This document shows positions 61,292-64,000 of a DNA stretch of 64,000 nt, in pieces. Position 1 is the first letter of the stretch, and every line of letters begins with the position of its first letter. The DNA lies in assembly GCA_964106915.2 (NCBI GenBank), contig OZ066918.1. One strand, given 5' to 3'. Both the position numbers and the translations under genes were made by a program. The DNA is from Podarcis gaigeae (Eukaryota). The notes below the pieces were generated by a model, which was not told the origin of the DNA, ran no database searches, and saw only the letters and a list, made by a program, of their open reading frames with translations.

Positions 61292-64000
61292 TATTGGAGA
61301 ATAAATGGTGCTGAACCAAAGTGCTCATCTTTTCCTTGTGTGCTGAACTCATTGTAGTCACTTAGATTCAAAGTTTGCCATCACAAAAAAATTACATATA
61401 TGTAAAGTGAGTTTATTTTGAGAAATAATCTCCTGGCAATGTGTTGGAGTTTTGCAAAAGCTGAAACTGTTGACAAAGAGGCTGAAGTAGTGGTGGGCAT
61501 AATACAAAGGATGCTGCCCCCTCCAAAAATAGGTTGAGGACTAGAAACTTGCTTTTTTGAATGAAAGCTAAAAGCTGCAAGAGGTCTAGCTCGTTATACT
61601 CATGCTGTCCCTATAGTTTACCAAAGTGGTTGCTCATTTCAGAATAATTCCACAAGCCTTTCGTTGAGATGCATCTTTTATCAAACTTCTTGCTGCATAA
61701 TTAGAAACCACATGTGGGCATGTAATAAATAAGTCTTTCGGTAGGGAGAGTGAGATTAACTTCAGTGCAACTTTTTGTATTTACTTTTTGAAATAAAATA
61801 GCAATGAGATCTTTAGCATCTTTTCACAGTGGTTGTTTTGACACTACCAGGTGATTTACTTCTAAGTTGCACTGGATATTTAGATGTTTCAGTGAGCTCA
61901 CAATGTGGAAAGGGTGATTCAGCACTGGTTGAGCAAGTCCTTCATCAATTAACCTCCTGGAATGAATTTGCACAAGCTGGGCTGGTAGAGGGAGGTAGAC
62001 TGAAAATGGTAGCTTGCAAACTGAGTTTCTGAAATAAAAGTAAATGGACTGAGTGGTTTGAAAAACTAGCTCTCTCACTTTGAGTCTGCCAGCTGACATG
62101 TTAGCAAGACAAATTCATTCAATAAACTCAAGAAATGTGAGTCCTTTTTTTGGCCTAAACATTCTAAAGTATGGGAGTGCCATCTTTAGGGAGCTGATAT
62201 TGTTCAGTCAGTAGTTTGCCCAGAGCAGAGTGCTAGTGGCTCTCAGACTCAGTCCCAGCAATCCTCCGCAAGCCAGAAGTTAAATTTTCAGTCCTTCTTG
62301 GATATAACAGAAGAATCTGTACCTTCTTCAAAATTGCATTTAAAGAAAATCACTCTTAACAACAACCTTGGAGTTTAACAGATAAAAGAGTAGGGTAACA
62401 AAGACACCTGGTCGCTTAGAATGTGTTACACTTCCTGGAAAAAGTTTGTAAACAAGCAAACAAACAAACAAGATGCTATTGAGACCTATCCCAAAACATT
62501 ATATTGGGATACATTTGTTGTAACGAGACAGAGGCCAGCGGAGGGGGAGTTTGTATGACATATAAAAAATTGGTTCCCAACATGTCTCTATCTCTCTCCC
62601 TTGTTCTGAAAATCTGGTTTCTAGGATCCTATGCACCATCTCATACAGTAAGAAACAGCTCACAAGGACAGGGGAACGTTGAGAGAGAGAGAGTGTGTTA
62701 ATATTTTAAGTGCTCCTTAAAGTATGCTGTTTTATAATCTCTTAAAACTGAATTCAAGGCTTAGTCATTGGGAAAGATCCAACAAAGATAAATCATGTTG
62801 TTTTCAAGAGAAATATTTTAAGCACATTCTTTTCCCTCCTATTGAAACCAGTGGTGTTTAATTTTGGTGGGATCGTGTCCATTAAAGTAAAGCTTCTATT
62901 CTATATTTAAAAGAATAATATAGTTCCAAAATAAAGCATTGTAAAGATCATATGCTATTTTAGTATTGTTCAAATAATGAATATTTTGACTCCATCAACC
63001 AAGCAGCTCAAACATTTTACTATCACTGTGATGGAGAAATGCTACTGTGTCCAGAAACAGCCAGGCTAAGTGAAAGTTCTGGAAATGTAGTCTTCAAGTA
63101 AGTGATCAAGTCCTTATCAATACAGTATGGAGAGAACCAAACAGAAATCAATCCTGAATTTTACATCTGTCCCCTTAAGTCAGTATAATTCTGTAGTGCA
63201 GAAAGCATATAGACTGCATGACTAAAGTCTTTGGATTATGATCCTGGGTTTGCTTTAAAGCACTGATGAGCTGAGTTGCCATCTCATGATACCCTTAGAA
63301 CTTAGTTTTCCAAACTGAGTTTTTAAAATGTGTATTTTAAGGGAAATAGTTTGGTTAATTTCAGATCCCCAACAAATCTGCACTCCACTCTGCTGCCACG
63401 AAGTAAGTACTGGGAAGAGGGAGAAGTTGGCCTTTTCTGGCTCTGATTACAATTCAAGCCTTCAAAAAATGGGGGAGGAGGCCATGGCCCTGTTGGGAAT
63501 GCTGCTTGCTTTGGGAGTGCCAATTTCATAGTCCAAACCGGATCATTACAAAGTTCAGCAGTGTAATTAATATAAAGCTTCTACTTAGTTGTAAACAAAC
63601 ATGTTTTTATTTGTTGTGGTAACCATTTTGTATGTGTCCCTTGTTGAGGAAATGTATGAATTGAAATCTGGAGACATAATTTAAATGTGTTCCACTCTGC
63701 AGATCCATTCTGCAGATGAAAATAATGCAGGTTACGTGGTGTAGTAAGTATGCTGATACAGACTGGCACAATTTCCAGTAGTGTGTCCCCCCTTTATTGA
63801 ATTGTATCAGATAAAATAAACATACTGCAATATAGGACACAAAGAAGAAGGGACAAAACCTGATTCCCTGCTATAGAAAAGCTTTCCCTTTTAGTTTCCA
63901 ATACAGTTATGTTCCAAAGGCGTTGCTAAAGAAATATGTTTTTAATTAACAAAGTCAATCAGATTTCCTTTGGGAGCTTCACAGATTGGGGAGCCACAGA

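Noticed and set aside
1-64000. Novel multi-gene or prokaryote-style system
   Set aside because: The only host coding sequence found is three BTRC exons; every other recognisable ORF derives from LINEs.

Overview
This is vertebrate, not prokaryotic, DNA. The repeat content (Sauria SINEs, squamate-type L1/L2/CR1/Penelope fragments, Tc1/pogo and hAT MITEs) points to a squamate, probably a lacertid lizard (inference). The window lies inside the BTRC (beta-TrCP1/FBXW1A) gene on the + strand. It contains three short phase-0 coding exons matching exons 2, 3 and 4 (5921-6028, 30252-30329, 39117-39206); exon 1 and the F-box/WD40 exons were not found. The rest is intron. Seven N blocks of 132-356 nt all have lengths congruent to 4 mod 8, so they look like algorithmic masking rather than assembly gaps. 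They sit in TE-poor, enhancer-like sequence and probably hide the ultraconserved elements known from BTRC introns (LBX1-BTRC-FBXW4-FGF8 region). Other points of interest: splicing-regulatory motifs around exon 2, a 922-bp MITE built from long hairpins, a Penelope remnant with a truncated hammerhead ribozyme, and a young L1 with a perfect 18-bp TSD. I found no supportable evidence for a novel protein-coding system. Most ORFs in the supplied track are spurious or produced by N runs.
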